Source: an uncultured Prevotella sp.
GTDB taxonomy: Bacteria; Bacteroidota; Bacteroidia; Bacteroidales; Bacteroidaceae
Direction of reading: 5' to 3'
DNA length: 64,000 nt
Assembly: GCA_905233425.1 (NCBI GenBank)
Contig: CAJOEC010000002.1
Span: 29,000-92,999 of the forward strand
The notes below the pieces were generated by a model, which saw only the letters and a program-made list of their open reading frames with translations, had not been told where the DNA came from and did no database searches. Positions 8,588 through 17,483 of the stretch are shown one piece after another; positions within the stretch are counted from its first letter, which is position 1, and each line of letters begins with the position of its first letter. The position numbers and the translations under genes were made by a program.

Positions 8588-11500
8588 ATGATTAAAATAA
8601 AAACGATTCTCTGCTTGCTCTTTACAGGCATGTCAGGGATGCCGCTGATGGCCGATGCCAGTTCAGCGGCATCCGCTTTGGCCGGCGGCTCTGCGACGCA
8701 TGAGGCCGCTCCGGCACCCGACGACCAGACTATTACTGGTGTCGTGGAGGATGCCGAAGGGCCTATGATTGGCGCCACCGTCAAGGTGGTGGGTTCATCG
8801 GCCGGAACTGTTACCGACCTAAACGGAAAATTCACCATCAGGTGCAAACCCGGCGATATGCTTGAGGTGAGTTACGTGGGCTACACGCCAGTCAAACTAC
8901 AGGCCAAAAACGGTATGAAGATTGTTTTGGCCGAGGACAAGACACAGCTGAGCGAGGTAGTTGTAACCGCTCTCGGCGTGAAGCGCGACCGCAAGGCCCT
9001 GGGCTACGGTCTGGCTGAGGTAAAGGGCGAGGAGCTGACCAAGGCCAAGGAGACCAACGTCATCAACTCGCTGTCGGGTAAGGTGGCAGGCCTCGTGGTG
9101 CAGAACACAGCCGGCGGTGCCTCTGGCTCCACCCGCGTGCTATTGCGAGGCAATACGGAAATGACGGGCAACAACCAGCCCCTGTATGTCATCGACGGTG
9201 TGCCTCTTGACAACACCAACTTCGGGGCTGCGGGCGTCGAAGGCGGCTACGACCTGGGCGACGGCATCTCGGCCATTAACCCCGACGACATTGAGAACAT
9301 GACGGTGCTGAAAGGCCCCGCCGCATCGGCACTCTACGGCTCGCGTGCCTCGCATGGTGTCATACTCATCACCACGAAGAAGGCCGAGAAGGACAAAGTC
9401 TCAGTCGAGTACAACGGTTCGCTGACCGTCGACGTGCAGAACGCCGAGTGGGACGACATACAGGAGGTCTATGGCATGGGCTACAGCGGAGCTTACAGCA
9501 AGACGGCGACAAGCGGCACCAACAGCAGTTGGGGACCGAAGGCCGACGACTTCCTCGTAGAGTACTTCGACCACGAGAAACGTCCGTTCCTGATGTACCC
9601 GAACAACACGAGCGATTTCTTCCGTACAGGTCTGACCACGCAGAATACTGCAATACTGTCGGTCAACTCCGGGAAGACCGGGGTCCGCTTCTCCGTCACC
9701 GACATGAGGAACAAGGACATACTGCCGCAGACCCACATGAGCCGCGACAACTTCAATCTGCGTGTGACAACGGCGGCAGGACCCGTCGACTTTGACTTCA
9801 CCGCCAACTACACCCGCGAAGACGTGAAGAACCGTCCGGCACTGGGCGACTCGCAGAGCAACGTGGGCAAGAACCTTATGACACTGGCCGGGACGTACAA
9901 CCAGGCATGGCTGAAGAACTACCAGACAGCCGAGGGCGAATACGCCAACTGGAACGGCAACGACCAGTACAACAAGAACCCCTACTGGGACCTCTACAAG
10001 AACGAGAACACATCGGCAAAGGACGTGTTCCGTCTGACAGCCAAGGCCATCTGGAACATCACCGACCACCTGAAGCTACAGGGCACCGTGGGCACCGACA
10101 TGAGTTTCATGGACTTCGAGGACTTCATAGCCCGCACCACTCCCGGCAAGCTGGCCGGACAGCTGCTGCAACAGAAGTTCAATAACCGCACGCTCAATGC
10201 CGAGCTGCTGGCTCTCTACAACCAGTCATTCGGCGACTTCGACATCAACGCCACCCTTGGCGGCAACATCTTCAAGGTGTCGAACCACACCGACATCTTC
10301 ACCGGTCTGGACCAGCAGATGAAGGACGTAATCGCCATAATGAACTACGCCGAGCAGAGCATCCAGCAGAACCAGTACCGCAAGCAAATCAACTCCATTT
10401 ATGGCTCAGCCAGTGTGGGCTACCAGCACACCTACTATTTAGAGGCCACCGTCCGCGGCGACAAGTCGTCGACGCTGCCTATAAATAATAATGTGTACGT
10501 GTACCCATCGTTCTCTGGCTCGGTTGTCTTCTCTGAGTTCATCAAGAACAAGAGCCTTATCAACTACGGTAAGGTTCGCGCCTCGTGGGCACAGGTGGGT
10601 AGCGACACCGACCCCTACCAGCTCGCGCTGAACTACTCGACGGCCAAATACAGCTACGGCGGCTTCGTCATCGGTATGATCAACAACACCACGACACCCA
10701 ACAAGGATCTGAAGCCCACACGTACCAACTCGTTTGAGCTGGGTCTCGAGATGAAATTCTTCAACGGTCGTCTCGGCCTCGACTTCACCTACTATAACCA
10801 GTTGTCGAAAGACCAGATCATCGGACTCGCCTCGTCGTCGACCTCCGGCTATAACTACCGTTTGGTAAATGCCGGCGAGATAGAGAACAAAGGTATAGAG
10901 GTCACGCTCAACGGCCGTGTGCTGCAGATCAAGGACTTCGCCTGGGATGCCGGTGTGAACTTCTCGAAAAACAAGAACAAAGTTAAGTCGCTCGTCGAGG
11001 GCATGGACTACTTCGAGCTTGAGAAGGCCACATGGTGCGGTGTCAGCGTTGGCGCCGAGGTGGGCAAGAACTACGGCTCCATCATCGGTAAGGACTATGT
11101 GCGCAATGAGAAGGGCGAGGTCATCATCAATACTGATAGCGGTCTTCCCATGACCGACGACAAGACCCACACCTTGGGCAACGCATCGTGGGACTGGACA
11201 GGCGGTTTCTATTCCACCTTCACTTACAAGAACTTCCGCCTCTCTGCCGGCTTCGACGTGAAAGTCGGTGCCGACCTCTTCTCGATGTCGATGCGCTCGG
11301 CCTACGCCACGGGTAAGGCTTCCGAGACGCTCGAAGGCCGCGAGGAGTACTACCTGTCGCAGGAAAAGCGCAGAGAGCTCAACATGTCGAACGACGAGTG
11401 GAACGAAAACATTAAGACGCTGCTCGCCCTCGAACCTGACGACCAGAAGCGCGTCGAGATGGGCAAGACGTATGGCTACGTCGTACCCGGAGTCATAGAC

Positions 11501-11836
11501 AATGGAGACGGCACATACACGCCCAACTATATCCCCGTGAACCCTGAGTCGTACTGGAAGTCGGCCTCGGAGAACTGTCCGTCGCTGTTCATCTACGACA
11601 ACTCGTATGTTAAGTGCCGCGAGATAACCTTCGGCTACACCTTCCCGGAGAAATGGTTAGGCAAGACCGTAAAGGCTCTCAGCGTCAGCTTCGTAGCCCG
11701 TAACCCGTTCATCGTGTGGAAGAACATCCCCAACATCGACCCCGACTCGGGCTACAACACCAGCGGTCTCGGACTCGAGTACGGCTCGCTGCCCTCGCGT
11801 CGCAGCTATGGTTTCAACGTCAATCTTAAGTTTTAA
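8588..11836 (+). CDS. SusC/RagA-family TonB-dependent outer-membrane transporter
   Basis: Carboxypeptidase-regulatory-like N-domain (ITGVVEDAEGPMIGATVKVVGS..DLNGKFTI), plug region (EVVVTALGVKRDRKALGY, VINSLSGKVAGL), 1082 aa, terminal ..NVNLKF. A SusD-like gene follows. Confidence 0.9.
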   Translation: MIKIKTILCLLFTGMSGMPLMADASSAASALAGGSATHEAAPAPDDQTITGVVEDAEGPMIGATVKVVGSSAGTVTDLNGKFTIRCKPGDMLEVSYVGYTPVKLQAKNGMKIVLAEDKTQLSEVVVTALGVKRDRKALGYGLAEVKGEELTKAKETNVINSLSGKVAGLVVQNTAGGASGSTRVLLRGNTEMTGNNQPLYVIDGVPLDNTNFGAAGVEGGYDLGDGISAINPDDIENMTVLKGPAASALYGSRASHGVILITTKKAEKDKVSVEYNGSLTVDVQNAEWDDIQEVYGMGYSGAYSKTATSGTNSSWGPKADDFLVEYFDHEKRPFLMYPNNTSDFFRTGLTTQNTAILSVNSGKTGVRFSVTDMRNKDILPQTHMSRDNFNLRVTTAAGPVDFDFTANYTREDVKNRPALGDSQSNVGKNLMTLAGTYNQAWLKNYQTAEGEYANWNGNDQYNKNPYWDLYKNENTSAKDVFRLTAKAIWNITDHLKLQGTVGTDMSFMDFEDFIARTTPGKLAGQLLQQKFNNRTLNAELLALYNQSFGDFDINATLGGNIFKVSNHTDIFTGLDQQMKDVIAIMNYAEQSIQQNQYRKQINSIYGSASVGYQHTYYLEATVRGDKSSTLPINNNVYVYPSFSGSVVFSEFIKNKSLINYGKVRASWAQVGSDTDPYQLALNYSTAKYSYGGFVIGMINNTTTPNKDLKPTRTNSFELGLEMKFFNGRLGLDFTYYNQLSKDQIIGLASSSTSGYNYRLVNAGEIENKGIEVTLNGRVLQIKDFAWDAGVNFSKNKNKVKSLVEGMDYFELEKATWCGVSVGAEVGKNYGSIIGKDYVRNEKGEVIINTDSGLPMTDDKTHTLGNASWDWTGGFYSTFTYKNFRLSAGFDVKVGADLFSMSMRSAYATGKASETLEGREEYYLSQEKRRELNMSNDEWNENIKTLLALEPDDQKRVEMGKTYGYVVPGVIDNGDGTYTPNYIPVNPESYWKSASENCPSLFIYDNSYVKCREITFGYTFPEKWLGKTVKALSVSFVARNPFIVWKNIPNIDPDSGYNTSGLGLEYGSLPSRRSYGFNVNLKF

Positions 11837-11866
11837 TTAGCAATTAGTAATTAGAAATTAGTAATT
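11834..11866. repeat. Heptamer microsatellite (NAATTAG x4.7) forming the whole SusC-SusD spacer
   Basis: taattag caattag taattag aaattag taatt, then ATG. The first unit contains the SusC stop codon TAA (11834-11836). Confidence 0.75.
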
Positions 11867-13666
11867 ATGATTACCAAATATCTGCATAATAGAGTTGTAG
11901 GACTATTCTACTTATTACTTTTCTCCTCAACTCCTTTACTCCATCAGAGTTGCAGCGACAGCTATATGGAGGAGATGAACACCGACGACACGAAAGCCGA
12001 GTCGATAGACCCCAGCGCACAGCTCACCACCGCCCTGCTACAGACTTACGGCGACTTCGGATTCATGGACACCTATCGCTCGTACATCACAGGCTTTACC
12101 CAGCACTTTGCCGGGGGATGGAACGTCTCGAACTATGCCGGCGACGTGCACCCGCAGGACGACCAGATGCGCCTCGTCTGGGACCAGTTCTACTCCGTAG
12201 GCATTAAGAACCTTGTCGACGCCATCGCCAACAGCGCACCCGCCGACGCCGCCACAGTGTCCGAAGCGTTAGCTTCCGGCTCCAAACCCAACACCAACGC
12301 CGCCCTCCGCATCCACCGCGTTTACATGATGAACATCCTCACCGACATCTACGGCGATATCCCCTGCATGGACGCTGGCAAGGGCTACACCGATGGCATC
12401 TCCACCCCTAAGTACGACAAGCAGGAGGACATCTACAACTTCTTCTTCGACGAACTCGCCGCCTGCGCCGAGCAGCTAACCGTTGGTGCCGACGTCATCG
12501 GCGGCGACGTGACCAGCCTCGGCGGCGACCCAGCCGCCTGGAAGCGCTACGCCAACACCCTCCGTCTGCGCTATGCCATGCGCATCAGCGACGTGAACCC
12601 CGCGAAGGCCAAGGAGGAGTTTGAAAAGGCACTCAACGCCGACGGCGGCATCATCGAGAACGCCGAGCAGGATGCCTACATCATCTACACCGACGGCCCC
12701 TTCACACTCTACGACGGCTCACGCGACCTCGATTTCCGTGTGAACGCCCTTGGAGAGATTCTCTACGGTCAGGATCCCACCTCGCCCACGTTTGTTTGCT
12801 CCACGCTCTATGACATCCTGAAAGCATACGACGACCCGCGTCTCTACCGCATCTGCCGCCACTACATCAACACCAAGCGTGCCGAGGTGAAGCCCGACCG
12901 CGAGTGGAACGTTGATGTGACCGACGAGGTGAGGCGTTATCTGGAGCGCACCAACACCTACACTCCCTGCGTTCCCGGCGCAGCATGGTGGAGCGACTGG
13001 GTGAACGCCCCGGCCAACAGCGAGATACCGACACTTGAGAAGCTCGTCGCACAGTACCCTGAGGCCGGCTTCGACCAGAACAACTTCAACGCCCGCATGT
13101 TGCGCCCCTTCCTGAGCATCGACTTCGAGATGCCCGACTGTCCCGGTGCCCTTATCAACTCTGCCGAGGTGGAGTTTCTGCTCGCCGAGGCAAAGCTGAA
13201 GGGCTGGAACGTCCCCGGCACCGTGGAGGAGCACTTCCATGCTGGCATCCGCGCTGCTATGCACTGGCTTAATGACCACTATCTGCAGAGCAAGGACAAG
13301 ATTTCCGAAAGCGAGATAGATGCATACATTTGGGTGTTTACCGACGGCCCATTGTTCACTACCGCCAACGCCAAGGAGGCCATCAACACACAGGCATGGA
13401 TCCTCCACCTGATGAACCCCTCGGAGGCATGGGCCAACCTACGCCGCTCTGACTATCCCGTCATAGCCGACCGCACCAAGCTGCCCACGCGCCCCGACTT
13501 CCCCAACGACGAGCCAGACAAGCGGACACCTACACGCCTCCGCTATCCCATCCTTGAGAACCAGTACAATAGCGCCAACTATCAAGAGGCCCTCGACCGC
13601 CTCGGCGGTAGCGACGACTGGCACCACCGCCTCTGGTGGGACGTGGCAGACATTAACGTCAAGTAG
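11867..13666 (+). CDS. SusD/RagB-family nutrient-binding outer-membrane lipoprotein
   Basis: Lipoprotein signal (..PLLHQSC). A ~600-aa helical protein immediately downstream of the SusC-like gene. Confidence 0.85.
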   Translation: MITKYLHNRVVGLFYLLLFSSTPLLHQSCSDSYMEEMNTDDTKAESIDPSAQLTTALLQTYGDFGFMDTYRSYITGFTQHFAGGWNVSNYAGDVHPQDDQMRLVWDQFYSVGIKNLVDAIANSAPADAATVSEALASGSKPNTNAALRIHRVYMMNILTDIYGDIPCMDAGKGYTDGISTPKYDKQEDIYNFFFDELAACAEQLTVGADVIGGDVTSLGGDPAAWKRYANTLRLRYAMRISDVNPAKAKEEFEKALNADGGIIENAEQDAYIIYTDGPFTLYDGSRDLDFRVNALGEILYGQDPTSPTFVCSTLYDILKAYDDPRLYRICRHYINTKRAEVKPDREWNVDVTDEVRRYLERTNTYTPCVPGAAWWSDWVNAPANSEIPTLEKLVAQYPEAGFDQNNFNARMLRPFLSIDFEMPDCPGALINSAEVEFLLAEAKLKGWNVPGTVEEHFHAGIRAAMHWLNDHYLQSKDKISESEIDAYIWVFTDGPLFTTANAKEAINTQAWILHLMNPSEAWANLRRSDYPVIADRTKLPTRPDFPNDEPDKRTPTRLRYPILENQYNSANYQEALDRLGGSDDWHHRLWWDVADINVK

Positions 13667-13705
13667 CCGGTTGCTTTTGGCGGTTCCCCCGTCAAACTCC
13701 GCTCT

Positions 13706-13745
13706 CGTAATAACGTAATAACGAAATAACGTAATAACGAAAAGA
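13706..13745. repeat. 8-bp microsatellite (CGTAATAA x5) just upstream of the next start codon
   Basis: cgtaataa cgtaataa cgaaataa cgtaataa cgaaaaga, ending 3 nt before ATG 13749. Confidence 0.7.
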
Positions 13746-13748
13746 ACA

Positions 13749-14762
13749 ATGAAAACCAAGAATATTTTCAAATCTCTCGCCCTGATTTGTTCCGTATGTT
13801 GCGGTTTAGCTGCAACAACCGCCTGCTCCAGCAACGATGATCCCTTCTTCACGGCAACTGAGGACGATGCCCCGCGCATCCTGAATACCGACATTCCCGA
13901 GGGCACAGGCGGCAATCCGGGTGTCATCAAGACCATCTCGCGTACCGAGAACTTCACATTCGAGGTGATGGTCACCCCCGTCCACTTCACCACCGTAACA
14001 TGGTTCATCGACGACGTTCAGGTGGCCGAGGGTCTCAAAATCGACGTGCCCGTGAAGACGGGCAGTCACACCCTGAAAATCGTGGCCACGACTACTAAGG
14101 GCCTCTCCACCTCACGCACTTGTACGCTTGTCGTATTGCCCGTTGATGACGACCCCGTGCCTGGCGACGACATCTACGACCGCCTCGTCAAGCCCGGCAC
14201 CAAGGCCAAGCTCCACGGCGCTTACATGTCGAAGGTCGTGAAGGTCATTATCGGCAGCGCCGCCGTCAGCGCTACCTACAACGCCGACGAAGACTGTGTG
14301 GAGTACACCGTCCCCGAACTTCCCGACGGTGTTTATCCCTTGCAGGTGGCCGATGCCGATGGCAACATCTTTGATGCCGGACAAATCGAGCTGAACGCAA
14401 ATCCCGAGTACCCCGATGTAAGCAAAGAGACCACCCTCTGGGAAGGTTCTTTCAACGTCGCATGGGATAATCCCTTCAAGGAACTCCAGAAGGAACTCAT
14501 TAACCACGTGAAGGCCGGCACCATCCTCCGCGCCTACGTCACAGGCTCAGGCCAGGGTGCTGCCACTACCGCATGGTGGCGTAACATCCTCACCGGTGTC
14601 TCCGAGGACGACGTGCCCGGCGGTCGTGGCGACATTATGATTAACGGCGACGCTGTTTTGGAGTACACCCTCATCGACCAGTCCATCTCCCTCCTGAAGG
14701 CCCAGGACGGTTTCCTCATGGTCGGCAATGGCTACACCCTCAAAAAGATTACGGTGGAATAG
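13749..14762 (+). CDS. PUL-encoded surface lipoprotein, putative SusE/F-like glycan-binding protein
   Basis: Lipobox LAATTAC. A beta-rich 337-aa protein in the position usually held by surface glycan-binding proteins. No catalytic motif recognised. Confidence 0.5.
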   Translation: MKTKNIFKSLALICSVCCGLAATTACSSNDDPFFTATEDDAPRILNTDIPEGTGGNPGVIKTISRTENFTFEVMVTPVHFTTVTWFIDDVQVAEGLKIDVPVKTGSHTLKIVATTTKGLSTSRTCTLVVLPVDDDPVPGDDIYDRLVKPGTKAKLHGAYMSKVVKVIIGSAAVSATYNADEDCVEYTVPELPDGVYPLQVADADGNIFDAGQIELNANPEYPDVSKETTLWEGSFNVAWDNPFKELQKELINHVKAGTILRAYVTGSGQGAATTAWWRNILTGVSEDDVPGGRGDIMINGDAVLEYTLIDQSISLLKAQDGFLMVGNGYTLKKITVE

Positions 14763-14770
14763 GCAAATCA

Positions 14771-14852
14771 TTCCCCCGGTGGGAACAAATCATTCCCACC
14801 GGGGGAATAAATTGTTCCCCCGGTGGGAATAAAACGTTCCCCCGGTGGGAAT
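14771..14852. repeat. Array of four 15-bp palindromic units TTCCCCCGGTGGGAA (one inverted), ~22-23 bp period
   Basis: Cores at 14771-14785, 14793-14807 (reverse-complement form TTCCCACCGGGGGAA), 14815-14829 and 14838-14852. Confidence 0.85.
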
Positions 14853-14876
14853 GAAATGTCTCCTCCCACGTGAATC

Positions 14877-14916
14877 AAAGACGGCCGACATTCTGTATGG
14901 GATGCCGGCCGTCTTT
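14877..14916. terminator. Bidirectional intrinsic terminator between the PUL and ackA
   Basis: An 11-bp perfect stem aaagacggccg (14877-14887) / cggccgtcttt (14906-14916). Confidence 0.7.
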
Positions 14917-14948
14917 CTTCTGGCTTGTCTTTACTAAAGAACCGCCCT

Positions 14949-16139
14949 TTACAGCAGGTTCATCGTGTCGGTGGCAATCATCAGCTCCTCGTCGGTGGGG
15001 ATGACTACAACCTTCACGCGGCTGTCGTCGGCAGAGATGACTGCCTCCTCGCCGCGCACCTTGTTCTTCTCCTCGTCGAACTTCACGCCGAGGAACTCCA
15101 TGTTCTTGCAGACCTCCGAGCGCATACCAATCTGGTTCTCGCCGACGCCGGCTGTGAACACGATGACATCCAGGCCGCCCATGGCTGCGGCATAGGCACC
15201 GATGTATTTCTTTATGCGGTAGAAATACATGTCCTGGGCCAGCTGTGCGCGCTCGTTGCCAGCCTTGGCGGCGCTTTCCACGTCGCGCATGTCGCTGCTG
15301 CCGCCCGTCAGACCGGCCACGCCGCTCTTCTTGTTCAGCAGGGCCGACATGCCGTCGGCATCGAGGCCCAGCTTCTTCTCGATGAACGTCACGGCACCGC
15401 CGTCGATGTCGCCGGCACGGGTGCCCATCATCAGCCCCTCCAACGGGGTCAGGCCCATCGACGTGTCGATGCACTTGCCGTCGACGACTGCGGCGATGCT
15501 TCCGCCGTTGCCCACGTGGCAGGTCACCATCTTCGTGCCCTCGGCCTTGATGCCAAGGAACTCACAGGCACGGGCCGAGACGTAGCGGTGGCTGGTGCCG
15601 TGAAAACCGTAGCGGCGAATGCCGTACTTCTCGTAAAGTTCGTAGGGGATGGCATACATGAAAGCCTTTGGCGGCATGGTCTGGTGGAAGGCGGTGTCGA
15701 ACACGCCTACCTGGGGCAGCCCCGGCATCAGCTCCTTCACGGCGTTCACACCCTTCAGGTTGGCGGGGTTGTGAAGCGGGGCCAGGTCGGAGCATTTCTC
15801 AAACTCCTTCAGCACCTCGTCGGTGAGCACCACGCTCTTGTTGAACTTCTCGCCGCCGTGCACCATGCGGTGGCCCACAGCGTCAATCTCCTTCAGATCC
15901 TTGATGACACCAATCTCGGGGTCGGTCAATAGCGAGAAGATGAACTTCACTCCCTCGGTGTGCTCGGGGATGTCGTGCATTATCTGCCGCTTCTCGCCGT
16001 TTGCCAGCTTCACCTTCACGAATGCGCCGTCGAGGCCCACGCGCTCGGCACCGCCACTTGTCATCACACTCTTGTCGTCCATGTTATACAGGGCATACTT
16101 GATAGACGAACTTCCACAATTCAAAACTAATATCTTCAT
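14949..16139 (-). CDS. ackA: Acetate kinase
   Basis: Full-length acetate kinase pattern: MKILVLNCGSSSIKY.., ..RRYGFHGTSHRYV.., ..VFTAGVGEN.. Confidence 0.95.
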   Translation of the reverse strand: MKILVLNCGSSSIKYALYNMDDKSVMTSGGAERVGLDGAFVKVKLANGEKRQIMHDIPEHTEGVKFIFSLLTDPEIGVIKDLKEIDAVGHRMVHGGEKFNKSVVLTDEVLKEFEKCSDLAPLHNPANLKGVNAVKELMPGLPQVGVFDTAFHQTMPPKAFMYAIPYELYEKYGIRRYGFHGTSHRYVSARACEFLGIKAEGTKMVTCHVGNGGSIAAVVDGKCIDTSMGLTPLEGLMMGTRAGDIDGGAVTFIEKKLGLDADGMSALLNKKSGVAGLTGGSSDMRDVESAAKAGNERAQLAQDMYFYRIKKYIGAYAAAMGGLDVIVFTAGVGENQIGMRSEVCKNMEFLGVKFDEEKNKVRGEEAVISADDSRVKVVVIPTDEELMIATDTMNLL

Positions 16140-16143
16140 AATC

Positions 16144-16279
16144 AGACCCCCTCCCGACCTCCCCCTGTATGGGGAGGAGTGGTTACCTTTGGGAGTTATA
16201 GGGGCATTTCTTTAAATGGTTACACTTGCTTTTTTCTATCTATTCCCCTCCATTCAGGGAGGGGTTAAGGGGAGGGTCT
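16144..16279. repeat. 136-bp MITE-like hairpin element filling the pta-ackA spacer
   Basis: Left arm agaccccctcccgacctccccctgtatggggagg (16144-16177) and right arm cccctccattcagggaggggttaaggggagggtct (16245-16279) are inverted repeats of the same family as 2801-2917. The right end overlaps the pta stop codon. Confidence 0.8.
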
Positions 16280-17288
16280 ACTTCTTCGCGTCCATGGCCT
16301 GGCAGGCGGTGATGGCGACGAGGTAATAGATGTCGTCGACGGAGCAGCCGCGTGAGAGGTCGTTCACCGGGCGGGCTATGCCTTGTAGGATGGGGCCTAT
16401 GGCCACGGCGTCGCCGAGGCGCTGCACGAGTTTGTAGGCGATGTTTCCCACCTCGAGGCAGGGGAATACGAGGACGTTGGCATTTCCGGCGATGTCGCTG
16501 CCCGGAGCCTTCTTCTTGCCCACAGAGGGCACGAGGGCGGCATCGGCCTGCAGCTCGCCGTCAATCTTGATGCTGGGGTCGAGTTCCTTTGCCAAACGCG
16601 TGGCCTCTGTCACCTTGTCGACCACCTCGTGGCTGGCGCTTCCCTTCGTCGAGAACGACAGCATGGCTACACGTGGGTCGTCGAATCCAGCCACCGAGCG
16701 GGCTGTCTGCGCCGTGCACACGGCAATCTGGCTGAGCTGGTTGGCGTCGGGCATGGGCGTAACGGCCACGTCGGCGAAGACGAGCACGCCGTTCTCGCCG
16801 TATTCCGGCTTCTTAGTGATCATAAGCATGGCTCCGCTGACGCATGTGATGCCCGGGGCGCACTTGATGATCTGTAGGGCGGGGCGAAGTGTCTCGCCAG
16901 TCGTCGACAGGGCACCGGAGATCTGTCCGTCGGCCCCTTCCGTCTTGATAATCATGCAGCCGAGGTAGAGCGGGTCCTTCACCAGCTCGCGGGCTTTCTC
17001 TATTGTCATGCCCTTCTTCTCGCGCAGCTTCGTGAGCAGCTGGGCCAGCTCCTCCGAGCGCTCGTAGTTCAGCGGATCGATGAGCGTAGCCTTGCCGATG
17101 TGGGTCAGCCCCTTCTCCTCGGCCAGGGCGTTCACCTTCGCGGGGTTGCCAATGAGTATGAGGTCTGCGATGTCGTCGGCCAGCACGCGGTCGGCGGCAC
17201 AAAGTGTGCGCTCCTCCTCAGCTTCGGGGAGCACGATGCGCTGTTTGTTGCTCTTAGCACGCGCAATAATCTGTTCAATTAGTCCCAT
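16278..17288 (-). CDS. pta: Phosphate acetyltransferase
   Basis: MGLIEQIIARAKSNKQRIVLPEAEEERTL.. and the remainder match Pta. ATG 17288 was chosen because the track ORF carries a 27-codon upstream extension through the promoter region. Confidence 0.9.
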   Translation of the reverse strand: MGLIEQIIARAKSNKQRIVLPEAEEERTLCAADRVLADDIADLILIGNPAKVNALAEEKGLTHIGKATLIDPLNYERSEELAQLLTKLREKKGMTIEKARELVKDPLYLGCMIIKTEGADGQISGALSTTGETLRPALQIIKCAPGITCVSGAMLMITKKPEYGENGVLVFADVAVTPMPDANQLSQIAVCTAQTARSVAGFDDPRVAMLSFSTKGSASHEVVDKVTEATRLAKELDPSIKIDGELQADAALVPSVGKKKAPGSDIAGNANVLVFPCLEVGNIAYKLVQRLGDAVAIGPILQGIARPVNDLSRGCSVDDIYYLVAITACQAMDAKK

Positions 17289-17338
17289 AAATGAGTTTTG
17301 TTTGTTGATTGTTTGGTTAATAAAAAGGTTTGTGACTG

Positions 17339-17346
17339 CAAAATTA
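17339..17346 (-). promoter_or_regulatory. Candidate -7 box (TAATTTTG) for pta-ackA
   Basis: The reverse complement of caaaatta, about 50 nt upstream of the pta ATG. Confidence 0.45.
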
Positions 17347-17452
17347 CTCATTTTCCCGCAAACCGCCAAACATTTTACTACTCCTATCCCCTAATATTTA
17401 TTAAAGATGTACAGTTTTTTTGCAAAAAGGAGTCGTTCTCGATTTATTTTCG

Positions 17453-17460
17453 TAATTTTG
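17453..17460 (+). promoter_or_regulatory. Candidate -7 box (TAATTTTG) for the res-mod pair
   Basis: Matches TAnnTTTG, 24 nt upstream of ATG 17484. Confidence 0.45.
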
Positions 17461-17483
17461 CCGAGTAATTGTAAAGAAGCAAA

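Noticed and set aside
14771-14852. Possible CRISPR array (regularly spaced palindromic repeats)
   Set aside because: The repeats are only 15 bp and the spacers about 8 bp. One unit is inverted, no cas genes are nearby and there is no leader. It fits a REP-like array instead.
14925-15932. 335-aa plus-strand ORF opposite ackA
   Set aside because: It is an antisense shadow ORF of a high-GC gene with low-complexity A/G/H/V/L-rich content. ackA on the other strand is unambiguous. The same reasoning applies to 17703-18467, 19065-19868 and 20319-21026 opposite res/mod.
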